The position numbers and the translations under genes were made by a program. Shown piece by piece: positions 36,082 through 44,110 of a DNA stretch of 64,000 nt. Position 1 is the stretch's first letter; the number at the start of each line of letters is the position of its first letter. Source of the DNA: Dehalococcoidia bacterium (GTDB taxonomy: Bacteria > Chloroflexota > Dehalococcoidia > Lucifugimonadales > UBA3495); the NCBI GenBank assembly GCA_963667675.1, contig OY763929.1:642-64641 (forward strand), in the 5' to 3' direction. Under the pieces are notes generated by a model. It saw only the letters and a program-made list of their open reading frames with translations. It had not been told where the DNA came from and ran no database searches.

Positions 36082-37338
36082 TTATGCCTGCCCCTCGGCG
36101 ACGGGCTCGGGCTCTATCCGCTTGTTGGTGGCCGGGTCCACCTCGAAGGGGCTGTAAAGCTCCATTTCCTTGGCCATCTCGTGTATGGCTGGCAGCACTT
36201 CCTCGCCCTTCAAGCGTAAGCTGCGCATGGTGTCCTCGTGGGTCATGGCCCCGTCGCCGTCCCATAGGAAGATGCTGCCGGGCCGCAGGTATTCCAGCAC
36301 GTGGCGAATCTTGGGTATGACCGTCTTGGGCGTGCCCGAGATGATGCTGTAGTTTTCAATCTGCTCCTCGTAGGGACGGGCGCCCGACCCTCCGCCCCGG
36401 GCCATGGTCTGCACCTTGGAGGTGGGGAGCCGCGCGGTGCGGGACCGCAGCCCCGGCAGGTTGACGATGGCAACGTTACTGGAGCCCTCGTTGCCGGCCA
36501 GGAAGGGGTTGCTGGGACCCTGCACGAACTTCCGGCCCACCTCCTCGGCCAGCTCCTCCGTCTCGTCCACGTGCACCTTGAACACGTAGGCCGTGTTCTG
36601 TGTCCCGGCCTCGTACCCCAGCTCCGCAGCGGTGTCCCGGTACAGTTGGAAGCTCTGCTTGGTGGGCTCCATTTCGGTGGCCAGCATGACGTATGGGTAG
36701 CGGTGCTCGGCAGCCCACTGCACCGTCCTGACGCTGGCGATACCGGGTATCCAGATGGGCGGGTGGGGCTTCTGGTAGGGCATGGCCCAGGGGTTCACGT
36801 AGCGGTACTGGTAGTGCTTGCCTTCCCAGCGGAAGGGGCCAGGGGTTGTCCAGGCCTTGATGATGAAGTCGTGGGCTTCCTGGAACCGTTCCCAGTTGTT
36901 GGCCGGCGGCGCGTTGTGGGAGATTTGCTCTCGCCCGCCGCCCCGCACAAAGCCCGACACCAGGCGGCCCCGGGAGATCATGTCGATTATAGATAGCTGC
37001 TCCACCAGCCACAGGGGGTCGTCCCAGATTGGCAGGATGTTGCCCAGCAGGACTATCTTGGCCTTCTTGGACTGGCGGGCGTAGATGGCGGCTTCCAGGT
37101 TCATGACGCCGCCCATGCAGAAGGGCGTGCTGTGGTGCTCGTTGATGTTAATCGCGTCGAAGCCGACCTCCTCGGCGTACAGGTACTCGTCGATATACCG
37201 GTTGTACAGCTCGGCGCCCAGCTTGGAGTTGTAAATCTCGTTACTGAGCGTCAGGTCCTTGATGGGGAGTCCGGCAGCGCCGAAATACCCCGACGTGGGG
37301 TCCTGATAGGGGCGCTCGGTGACGTGACCTATGAACAT
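36082..37338 (-). CDS. LLM-class flavin-dependent oxidoreductase, tandem copy B
   Basis: 418 aa, near-identical to copies A and C outside one internal segment. Confidence 0.85.
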   Translation of the reverse strand: MFIGHVTERPYQDPTSGYFGAAGLPIKDLTLSNEIYNSKLGAELYNRYIDEYLYAEEVGFDAININEHHSTPFCMGGVMNLEAAIYARQSKKAKIVLLGNILPIWDDPLWLVEQLSIIDMISRGRLVSGFVRGGGREQISHNAPPANNWERFQEAHDFIIKAWTTPGPFRWEGKHYQYRYVNPWAMPYQKPHPPIWIPGIASVRTVQWAAEHRYPYVMLATEMEPTKQSFQLYRDTAAELGYEAGTQNTAYVFKVHVDETEELAEEVGRKFVQGPSNPFLAGNEGSSNVAIVNLPGLRSRTARLPTSKVQTMARGGGSGARPYEEQIENYSIISGTPKTVIPKIRHVLEYLRPGSIFLWDGDGAMTHEDTMRSLRLKGEEVLPAIHEMAKEMELYSPFEVDPATNKRIEPEPVAEGQA

Positions 37339-37409
37339 GGGCTTCTCCTTCCATAGCCGGGGGAACCAGGGGCAATTGCTGCACGCGTCTGAGTCTTTGG
37401 ATCTCTGCT

Positions 37410-37438
37410 ATGGTAGCGATACACGGGCCTGTGGTCAA
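37410..37438 (-). promoter_or_regulatory. Promoter of LLM copy B
   Basis: Reverse strand reads TTGACC-N17-TACCAT. Palindrome GCTACCATAGC at 37407-37417. Confidence 0.5.
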
Positions 37439-37556
37439 ACGCAGGCGAGGGCGCTGCATCACGCCGTTCCGGCTAGGAGGCGGGGATCCAGGGGCTGGGC
37501 CTTGGGCTTGGTCCCTGTTTAATGAAGTAGCGGAAAATGGCGGAGGGTCTGGGCCC

Positions 37557-37778
37557 TTAGCACTCAGAGCAGACTATCCGGCAATTCTCGGCGGTCTCGG
37601 GACCGTCCTCCTGCACCGGGCGAACGTCCCATCCCCACTGGCCGGACTTGCCCCTGCTGGGAAAGCCGAGCATGGCATTGCACCGGTCACCGCCATGGGC
37701 GCATTCCGCCGCCTGGCATTCGCACTTGCTTCCCGCCCGTATCCAGGCTTCCTGTACTACGTCGCCGGGGAATTCCAT
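37557..37778 (-). CDS. Small Cys-rich protein, degenerate HNH-like zinc-finger fold
   Basis: 73 aa with RBS GAGGTGG 5 nt upstream. The pattern W.RAGSKCECQAAECAHGGDRC...WDVRPV...AENCRIVCSEC resembles small HNH nucleases, but the His-His pair is replaced by D-V. The protein ends right after CxxC. Confidence 0.45.
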   Translation of the reverse strand: MEFPGDVVQEAWIRAGSKCECQAAECAHGGDRCNAMLGFPSRGKSGQWGWDVRPVQEDGPETAENCRIVCSEC

Positions 37779-37862
37779 TGTTCCACCTCGAAACGGAGAA
37801 TCATCCGCAGCGGGGACGCAACGATTATCTCGACAAGGGATTCCCGATGGGTGAAGTCTCTT

Positions 37863-39128
37863 TTATGCTTGTTCTTTGGCGGGTTCGGCGGCAGGCTCGG
37901 GCTCTACCCGCTTGTTGGTGGCCGGGTCTACCTCGAAGGGGCTGTAAAGCTCCAATTCCTTGGCCATCTCGTGTATGGCCGGGAGCACTTCCTCGCCCTT
38001 CAACCGCAGGCTGCGCATGGTGTCCTCATGGCTCATGGAGCCGTCGCCGTCCCACAAGAAAATGCTGCCGGGCCGCAGGTATTCCAGCACGTGGCGAATC
38101 TTGGGTATCACTGTCTTGGGCGTTCCCGAGATGATGCTGTACTTTTCGATCTGTTCTTCGTAGGGACGCTGGCCCGATCCCCCGCCGCGGGCAACGGTCT
38201 GCACATTGCGAGTGGGGAGCAGGGCGCTTCGGGACCGCAATCCCGGCAGCATAGTGGTGGCCAGGTTGTTGGTCCCCTCGTTGCCGGCCAGGAAGGGGTT
38301 GCTGGGGCCCTGCACGAACTTCCGGCCCACCTCGTCGGCCAACTCTTCCGTCTCGTCTACGTGCACCTTGAACACGTAGGCCGTGTTCTGAGTCCCGGCC
38401 TCGTACCCCAACTCCGCGGCAGTGTCCCGGTATAGCTGGTAGGACTGCTTGGTGGGCTCCAACTCGGTGGCCAGCATGACGTAGGGGTAGCGGTGCTCGG
38501 CAGCCCACTGCACCGTCCTGACGCTGGCGATGCCGGGAATCCAGACCGGGGGGTGGGGTTTCTGGTAGGGCATGGCCCAGGGATTCACGTAGCGGTACTG
38601 GTAATGCTTGCCCTCCCAGCGGAAGGGGCCGGGGGTGGTCCACGCCTTGATGATGAAGTCGTGGGCCTCCTCGAACCGCTCCCAGTTATTCGCTGGAGGC
38701 GCGTTGTGGGAGATGCTCTCACGCCCTCCTCCACGCACGAAGCCCGACACCAGGCGGCCCCGGGAAATCATGTCGATTATGGACAACTGCTCAACCAGCC
38801 ACAGGGGGTCGTCCCAAATCGGCAGGATGTTGCCCAGCAGGACTATCTTGGCATTCTTGGACTGGCGGGCATATATGGCCGCCTCCAGGTTCATCACCCC
38901 GCCCATGCAGAAGGGCGTGCTGTGGTGCTCGTTGATGTTGATGGCGTCGAAGCCCACTTCCTCAGCGTAAAGGTACTCGTCGATGTAGCGGTTGTAGAGT
39001 TCGGCGCCCAGCTTGGAGTCGTATATCTCGTTGCTGAGAGTCAGGTCTTTGATGGGAAGTCCGGCAGCGCCAAAATACCCCGATGCGGGGTCCTGATAGG
39101 GGCGCTCGGTGACGTGACCGATGAACAT
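37863..39128 (-). CDS. LLM-class flavin-dependent oxidoreductase, tandem copy C
   Basis: 421 aa with the same N-terminus. RBS GGAGAAG. Confidence 0.85.
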   Translation of the reverse strand: MFIGHVTERPYQDPASGYFGAAGLPIKDLTLSNEIYDSKLGAELYNRYIDEYLYAEEVGFDAININEHHSTPFCMGGVMNLEAAIYARQSKNAKIVLLGNILPIWDDPLWLVEQLSIIDMISRGRLVSGFVRGGGRESISHNAPPANNWERFEEAHDFIIKAWTTPGPFRWEGKHYQYRYVNPWAMPYQKPHPPVWIPGIASVRTVQWAAEHRYPYVMLATELEPTKQSYQLYRDTAAELGYEAGTQNTAYVFKVHVDETEELADEVGRKFVQGPSNPFLAGNEGTNNLATTMLPGLRSRSALLPTRNVQTVARGGGSGQRPYEEQIEKYSIISGTPKTVIPKIRHVLEYLRPGSIFLWDGDGSMSHEDTMRSLRLKGEEVLPAIHEMAKELELYSPFEVDPATNKRVEPEPAAEPAKEQA

Positions 39129-39198
39129 CTACTTCTCCTTCCGTAGCCGGGGGAACCAGGAACAATCCCTGCGTGGGACAGCTTCGATAACGTTGGCT

Positions 39199-39227
39199 AT
39201 GGTAGCAACGCCGTCCGGCAGCGTCAA
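39199..39227 (-). promoter_or_regulatory. Promoter of LLM copy C
   Basis: Reverse strand reads TTGACG-N17-TACCAT. Palindrome GCTACCATAGC at 39196-39206. Confidence 0.5.
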
Positions 39228-39276
39228 GCAGATTTAGCTGCTAAGACAGTCGGCCCCAGGGAGAGATGAAACGTGC

Positions 39277-40095
39277 TCAGTAATAGACAGAGTCTCCGGT
39301 GCCGCCGCCGGCCATGATGACCTCGCCGGTGACGGCCCAGGCCTTGTCGGAAGCCAGGAAAGCCGCCAGGTATGCGATCTCCGAGGCGTCCACCATACGG
39401 CAGATCGCGTTGCCACTGGGCGAGCCTGGGGCGAACATGCGCTCCTCCTGCTCCTCCGGCGTGACGCCCTCGTCAAGGGCCAGGCTGGCCAGCATTTCCG
39501 GCGTGCGCTCGGTGCGGGTGGCGCCGGGGTGGATGCAATTGACCGTGATGCCATGCCTGCCAAGCTGGAGGGAGAGGGTCTTGGTCATGTGCACCAGGGA
39601 CACGTTGCGCGCCCCTCCGCTGAGGTTGCCGGCCCGGCGGGCGTTGCCGCCGCTGATGTTGATGATGCGGCCCCATCCCTGTTCCTTCAGGAATGGGATT
39701 GCGGCGCGGGCGCAGCGCAGCGACCCCACGTACTTCACGTGGAAGTCGTACATCAGGTCGTCATCGTTGACCGTCTCGATGGGGCCCTTGGCGCCAGGCG
39801 AGCCGCCGGGATACGACCCGCTATTGACCAGCACGTGCAGTCCACCCAGCTTATCCGCAGCTTCAGCTACCACCCGGTCCACCTGCTCCTTGCTGGTCAC
39901 GTCCATGGGCAGGGGCAGCACCCGCCGCCCCGTTTCCTGGGCGATTTCTTTGGCCGTTTCTTCGAGGGCAGCCTGGGTACGGGCGGCTACGGCCACGTCT
40001 GCCCCCTCCCGCGCCAACTGGCGCGCGATGGCCTTGCCGATGCCCTTGCTGCCGCCAACCACCAGGGCTCGTTTGCCTTGCAGTCCAAAGTCCAT
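39277..40095 (-). CDS. SDR family oxidoreductase
   Basis: VVGGSKGIGKAIA cofactor motif. RBS GGAGG. Confidence 0.9.
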   Translation of the reverse strand: MDFGLQGKRALVVGGSKGIGKAIARQLAREGADVAVAARTQAALEETAKEIAQETGRRVLPLPMDVTSKEQVDRVVAEAADKLGGLHVLVNSGSYPGGSPGAKGPIETVNDDDLMYDFHVKYVGSLRCARAAIPFLKEQGWGRIINISGGNARRAGNLSGGARNVSLVHMTKTLSLQLGRHGITVNCIHPGATRTERTPEMLASLALDEGVTPEEQEERMFAPGSPSGNAICRMVDASEIAYLAAFLASDKAWAVTGEVIMAGGGTGDSVYY

Positions 40096-40430
40096 GTCGT
40101 GTGCCTCCAGTTACAAGAATATGTGGCTTGCAGACCGAGAAATCAGGGACGCCTCGAGGGCAACTGCCCCCTCCAACACTAGGGAGCGTCCCACGGATAG
40201 TATAAGCCATGGTCTATCGGCTGGGGTCCGCCGAAAACGGATACCCGGACAGCAGTGTCGAATCAGGAATCGTAATGGGCCGTTCTGACGCTAAATCCCT
40301 TCCCAAAACTGCCAAAATATGGTAGATTGGAATACGGTCATAGATAACTGGCCCCATGGCTTGACCTAAGTAAGGTAAACACCCTGGTGATCAGTTATAG
40401 CCAAACATTCAAGCTTTAAGGAGATCACCA

Positions 40431-40766
40431 GTGGCTTTTGAAGACCGGACTCTTACCTGTGTGGAGTGCAACCAGAGTTTCATATTCTCTGCTGACGACC
40501 AGCAGTATCATGCGGACAAGGGCTATACCAACGAGCCCAAGCGGTGCCCCAGTTGCCGCCAGGCCCGGCGGGCCAACCGCGGCTACGACGGCGGATTCGG
40601 CGGCGGCTTCGGCGGCGGACGGCGGGAGATGCACCCCGTAGTCTGCGCCGAGTGCGGCAAGGACGCCGAGGTGCCGTTCATACCCAGGGGCGACAGGCCG
40701 GTATACTGCAACGACTGCTACCGGCAGCAGAGCCCCAGGAGCGGCGACAGGCAGTACCGCTACTAG
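40431..40766 (+). CDS. Zinc-ribbon (CxxC...CxxC, two modules) protein with a Gly-rich linker
   Basis: GTG start after AAGGAGA. CVEC...CPSC and CAEC...CNDC pairs separated by GGFGGGFGGG. Confidence 0.7.
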   Translation: MAFEDRTLTCVECNQSFIFSADDQQYHADKGYTNEPKRCPSCRQARRANRGYDGGFGGGFGGGRREMHPVVCAECGKDAEVPFIPRGDRPVYCNDCYRQQSPRSGDRQYRY

Positions 40767-40804
40767 GACTCAGCCCGCAAGGGCGGTCCAAAAGTAGAAA
40801 CTAG

Positions 40805-40837
40805 AAGGGCCGACGCGTATGCGCCGGCCCTTTCTCT
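40805..40837. terminator. Bidirectional terminator between convergent genes
   Basis: AGGGCCGaCGCgtatGCGcCGGCCCT followed by TTCTCT. The minus strand shows the same stem followed by TTCTAGTTTC. Confidence 0.7.
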
Positions 40838-40858
40838 ATGGACACGAACAGGGAACGC

Positions 40859-41785
40859 CTACTTGTGGAACAGGGGCAGAATCTCGCTCCCCATGATGTC
40901 CAGTTGTTCCACGGTCTCGTTCCCCTGGCATAGGGGACGGACCACTATCTTGGAGGCTCCGGCATCGATATAACCCTGGATGGCCTCGGCGACGCGGTCA
41001 GGCGGGCCCAGGGCGCTGTACTCGGTGAAGTGGGCGTCGGGCCGGTGGCGGGTGACGTATCGATGGGCCACAGCCTCGGTCTTCTGAGCGTCGGGGGATA
41101 TGTAGTACCCCACCAAGGCGCCTATGTGGTCCTCCTCGATGGTCCGCCCGTACTCCGCTGCGGTGTCGAAGATGATTTCGGCTCCGTCGCTTACCTCACG
41201 GGGCGTCGCTCCGGATACCAGCCAGCCATCGCCGACGCGGCCCACCCGCCGGGCGGCGGCCTCGCTGCGGCCGCCGATCCACACCGGCGGCGAAGGCTGG
41301 AAACAGGGCTTGGGCGTTACCGACACGTTATGACAAGTGAAGAACTCGCCCTCGTGGGTGACGTCGTCCTCCTCCCACAGGCGTCGCATGAGCCTGACGG
41401 CCTCCTCGGTGCGGGCTCCGCGGCGGGCTTTGGACACGCCGCAGGCCTCGTATTCCTCGGGCTCTTCCTGCCCCAGGCCCACCGCAGGCAGCATTCTGCC
41501 CTTGGACAGGAAGTCCAGGGTGGCGATTTGCTTGGCCAGCACCACCGGGTTGCGCAGGGGCATGGCCAACACGCTGGTGCCGAACTTCATCCGCTCTGAA
41601 TAGACGGCCGCCATGGACAGGGCAACCATGGGCTCCAGGCTGAAGCGGTCGCTGACTATGCGGTCGCTGAGCCAGATGGAGTCGTAGCCATACTTGTCGC
41701 CGACCTCCACCAACTGCTTCAGGTAGTCCGGACTCTCGCCGCCCTCACCATAGGCCCCCGGCATGTACCCGATGGCAATGCTCAT
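40859..41785 (-). CDS. LLM-class flavin/F420-dependent oxidoreductase
   Basis: 308 aa with ...YDSIWLSDRIV...MKFGTSVLAMPLRNPVVLAKQIATLDFLSKGR. RBS GAGGGA. Confidence 0.8.
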   Translation of the reverse strand: MSIAIGYMPGAYGEGGESPDYLKQLVEVGDKYGYDSIWLSDRIVSDRFSLEPMVALSMAAVYSERMKFGTSVLAMPLRNPVVLAKQIATLDFLSKGRMLPAVGLGQEEPEEYEACGVSKARRGARTEEAVRLMRRLWEEDDVTHEGEFFTCHNVSVTPKPCFQPSPPVWIGGRSEAAARRVGRVGDGWLVSGATPREVSDGAEIIFDTAAEYGRTIEEDHIGALVGYYISPDAQKTEAVAHRYVTRHRPDAHFTEYSALGPPDRVAEAIQGYIDAGASKIVVRPLCQGNETVEQLDIMGSEILPLFHK

Positions 41786-41847
41786 GCTATTCCCTCGTTA
41801 TCGTCATTTCGCCGGCGCGGGGGCCAGGCATCCCGGGAGCCGGCAGG

Positions 41848-42789
41848 CTACCCGCTAATGAGCGGCAAGCCCGCTTCAGCTCTGGCGTCGTTGATGTGCT
41901 CCAGTATCCGCACCGACAGCGGCGCCAGTTCGTAGCCTATGTCGGCCAGCATGCGGCTGTTGTCCACCAGGTATATGTGGGGCACCACCTGGTCTCCCAT
42001 GGTGATCCTGCCTTCGGGGACATGGGACAGCACCAGGTCGGCCATGCCCCGAATGGTCGTCATGTGGCCGCCGCTGATGTAGACCCGGTGGTTCAACCGG
42101 CCGCTGAGGGCCACCCTCACGAATATCTCCGCCGCATCCTCGGCGTGAATCATGGAGCAGGGCTCGTTCTGGTCGAAGGGCATGTCCACCGGCTTGCCCA
42201 CCGCGGGCAGGGAAATCAGCAGCCCGCCGATCATGCCGGTCATGCCGGTGACCCGGCCGTGGCCGAATACGGTGCAAATACGGACTCCCCGGAGGTCCAG
42301 GCCGTAGCGTTCGGTGTACCTTCCGGCGCTGTAGTCGTTGACCGCCTTGGTCATGCCGTAGACGTTCACCGGGCCGATGTGGTCGTCTTCGTGCACAGGC
42401 CTCTCGCCGAAGGTCTCCTGCACGCCGTACACCGCTATGGAACTCGCGTAGACCACCCTTTCCAGGCCGGTCCAGCGGGCCACCTCGAACACGTTGTTGG
42501 TGCCCTGGATGTTGACGTGCATCCCGAAATGGGGCCGCTCCTCGGTGTCCGGCGGCAGCAGCGCCGCCATGTGGATGACCCTGGTAACGCCGTGGAGGTT
42601 GACCGCCTCCAACAGGTGCGGGATCTGGGTCACGTCTCCCCGGTACACCTGTATGCGGTCCAGGTAAGGGGCAAGATTGGCCCGGGGCGGCGTCATGTCG
42701 AAACAGACGACGTCTTCGCCCCGCTCAAGAAGCTTGCGGACAATCTTTGCGCCGATGAAGCCGGCGCCGCCGGTAACCATGACGGACAT
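41848..42789 (-). CDS. NAD-dependent epimerase/dehydratase (extended SDR)
   Basis: VMVTGGAGFIGAKIV Rossmann motif. Confidence 0.85.
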   Translation of the reverse strand: MSVMVTGGAGFIGAKIVRKLLERGEDVVCFDMTPPRANLAPYLDRIQVYRGDVTQIPHLLEAVNLHGVTRVIHMAALLPPDTEERPHFGMHVNIQGTNNVFEVARWTGLERVVYASSIAVYGVQETFGERPVHEDDHIGPVNVYGMTKAVNDYSAGRYTERYGLDLRGVRICTVFGHGRVTGMTGMIGGLLISLPAVGKPVDMPFDQNEPCSMIHAEDAAEIFVRVALSGRLNHRVYISGGHMTTIRGMADLVLSHVPEGRITMGDQVVPHIYLVDNSRMLADIGYELAPLSVRILEHINDARAEAGLPLISG

Positions 42790-42874
42790 CGGGAGAGCCT
42801 CTGGGTCCTGGTGCAGACTGGGATGCGCCGTAGCATATCACAAACAGCGGCGGCCCAGCCCCAGCGACGCCGGG

Positions 42875-43597
42875 CTACAGCGGCCGCTTGACCGGCATGC
42901 CCGGCCGCCGGGGGTACCGCGCGGGCGTGGTCTCAACCTTGTCCACGGTCACGATCACCCGGCCGTCGTCCAGCCCCGGAAGCTGCACCGGGTGAATATC
43001 GCCCATGCGGCCTCCCAAGGCTTCCAGTGCGTTGGACGCACCGTCGATTTCCCGTTGGACGTTGCGCTTCAGGAGCGCCGCCCTGCCGCCGACTTGGCAA
43101 AAGGGCAGCGTGTACTCCAAGAGGACGGGCAGCTTGGCCACGCCCCGGCTAACCGCCAGATCGAAGCTCTCTCGCAGTTCCGCGTCATGGGCCAGCTCCT
43201 CAGAGCGGCCAGTCAGCACGTCCACACCAGACAAGCCCAGCAGGTTTACCAGGTGTTCCAAGAAACGGGTTTTCTTACCGGCCGACTCAACCAATGTGAG
43301 GTGAATATCGGGAAGGGCCAGTTTCAGGGGCAGGCCGGGAAATCCTGCGCCCGCTCCCACGTCGACCACCCTGAGGCCCGCCGTTGGGCCGCCGCCGACA
43401 ACGGAGTACAGGCTAAGGGAGTCCAGGAAGTGCTTGACCTGTACCTCCCGGTACTCGGCGACTGCGGTCAGGTTCACCCGCCGGTTCCAGTCCGCAAGTT
43501 CGCGGTGGTACGCCTGGAACTGCTCGAGCTGTCCGGCGGTAAGCCGCAAGCCCAGTTCGGAGGCTCCCCGTTCCAACAGCTCCATCGACTGAGACAT
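42875..43597 (-). CDS. rsmG: 16S rRNA (guanine527-N7)-methyltransferase
   Basis: ...NLTAV....VQVKHFLDSL...VVDVGAGAGFPGLPLK...LTLVESAGKKTRFL. Confidence 0.85.
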   Translation of the reverse strand: MSQSMELLERGASELGLRLTAGQLEQFQAYHRELADWNRRVNLTAVAEYREVQVKHFLDSLSLYSVVGGGPTAGLRVVDVGAGAGFPGLPLKLALPDIHLTLVESAGKKTRFLEHLVNLLGLSGVDVLTGRSEELAHDAELRESFDLAVSRGVAKLPVLLEYTLPFCQVGGRAALLKRNVQREIDGASNALEALGGRMGDIHPVQLPGLDDGRVIVTVDKVETTPARYPRRPGMPVKRPL

Positions 43598-43808
43598 AGA
43601 TTGCCATTATAGCCAAGGATGCACGGCGGCCCGACACGCTCCGCCATTCCCGCGAAGGACCGGAAGCTAATTGACAGTGCCAGGGCCGGACCGTAGAATT
43701 GGCATCGTGTTTCCCACATAGGGCTCGAGGTGCCAGGCTGGGCCGGGAAACAAGCAGCATTGGAACCAAACATCGTCCGGCTGGAAACCTGTTTATGGGA
43801 GAATGGCA

Positions 43809-44039
43809 ATGAAAGCGTACCTGCTGGTGGAGACCGCTATCGGGAAGACCCGGGACGTGGCGGATACCCTCAACGGGTTGGATGGCATCGAGTCGGTAGA
43901 CGTGGTCACCGGCCCCCACGACATCATCGCAGTGGTCACCGGTGACGACATGACCGCGGTGGGCAACCTGATAACCAACAACATCCACACGGTAGCCGGT
44001 GTGCAGCGGACGGTGACGTGCGTCGCCGTGGACTCCTAA
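43809..44039 (+). CDS. Lrp/AsnC ligand-binding-domain-only protein
   Basis: MKAYLLVETAIGKTRDVADTLNGLDGIESVDVVTGPHDIIAVV. The second ATG is preferred because of its spacing from GGGAGA. Confidence 0.7.
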   Translation: MKAYLLVETAIGKTRDVADTLNGLDGIESVDVVTGPHDIIAVVTGDDMTAVGNLITNNIHTVAGVQRTVTCVAVDS

Positions 44040-44110
44040 GCAGGACACCCCTCCGCCCGCTTTTTCAACCCACCCTCTAAGTTCCGGCAAGAGGATAGAG
44101 GAGAACCACT

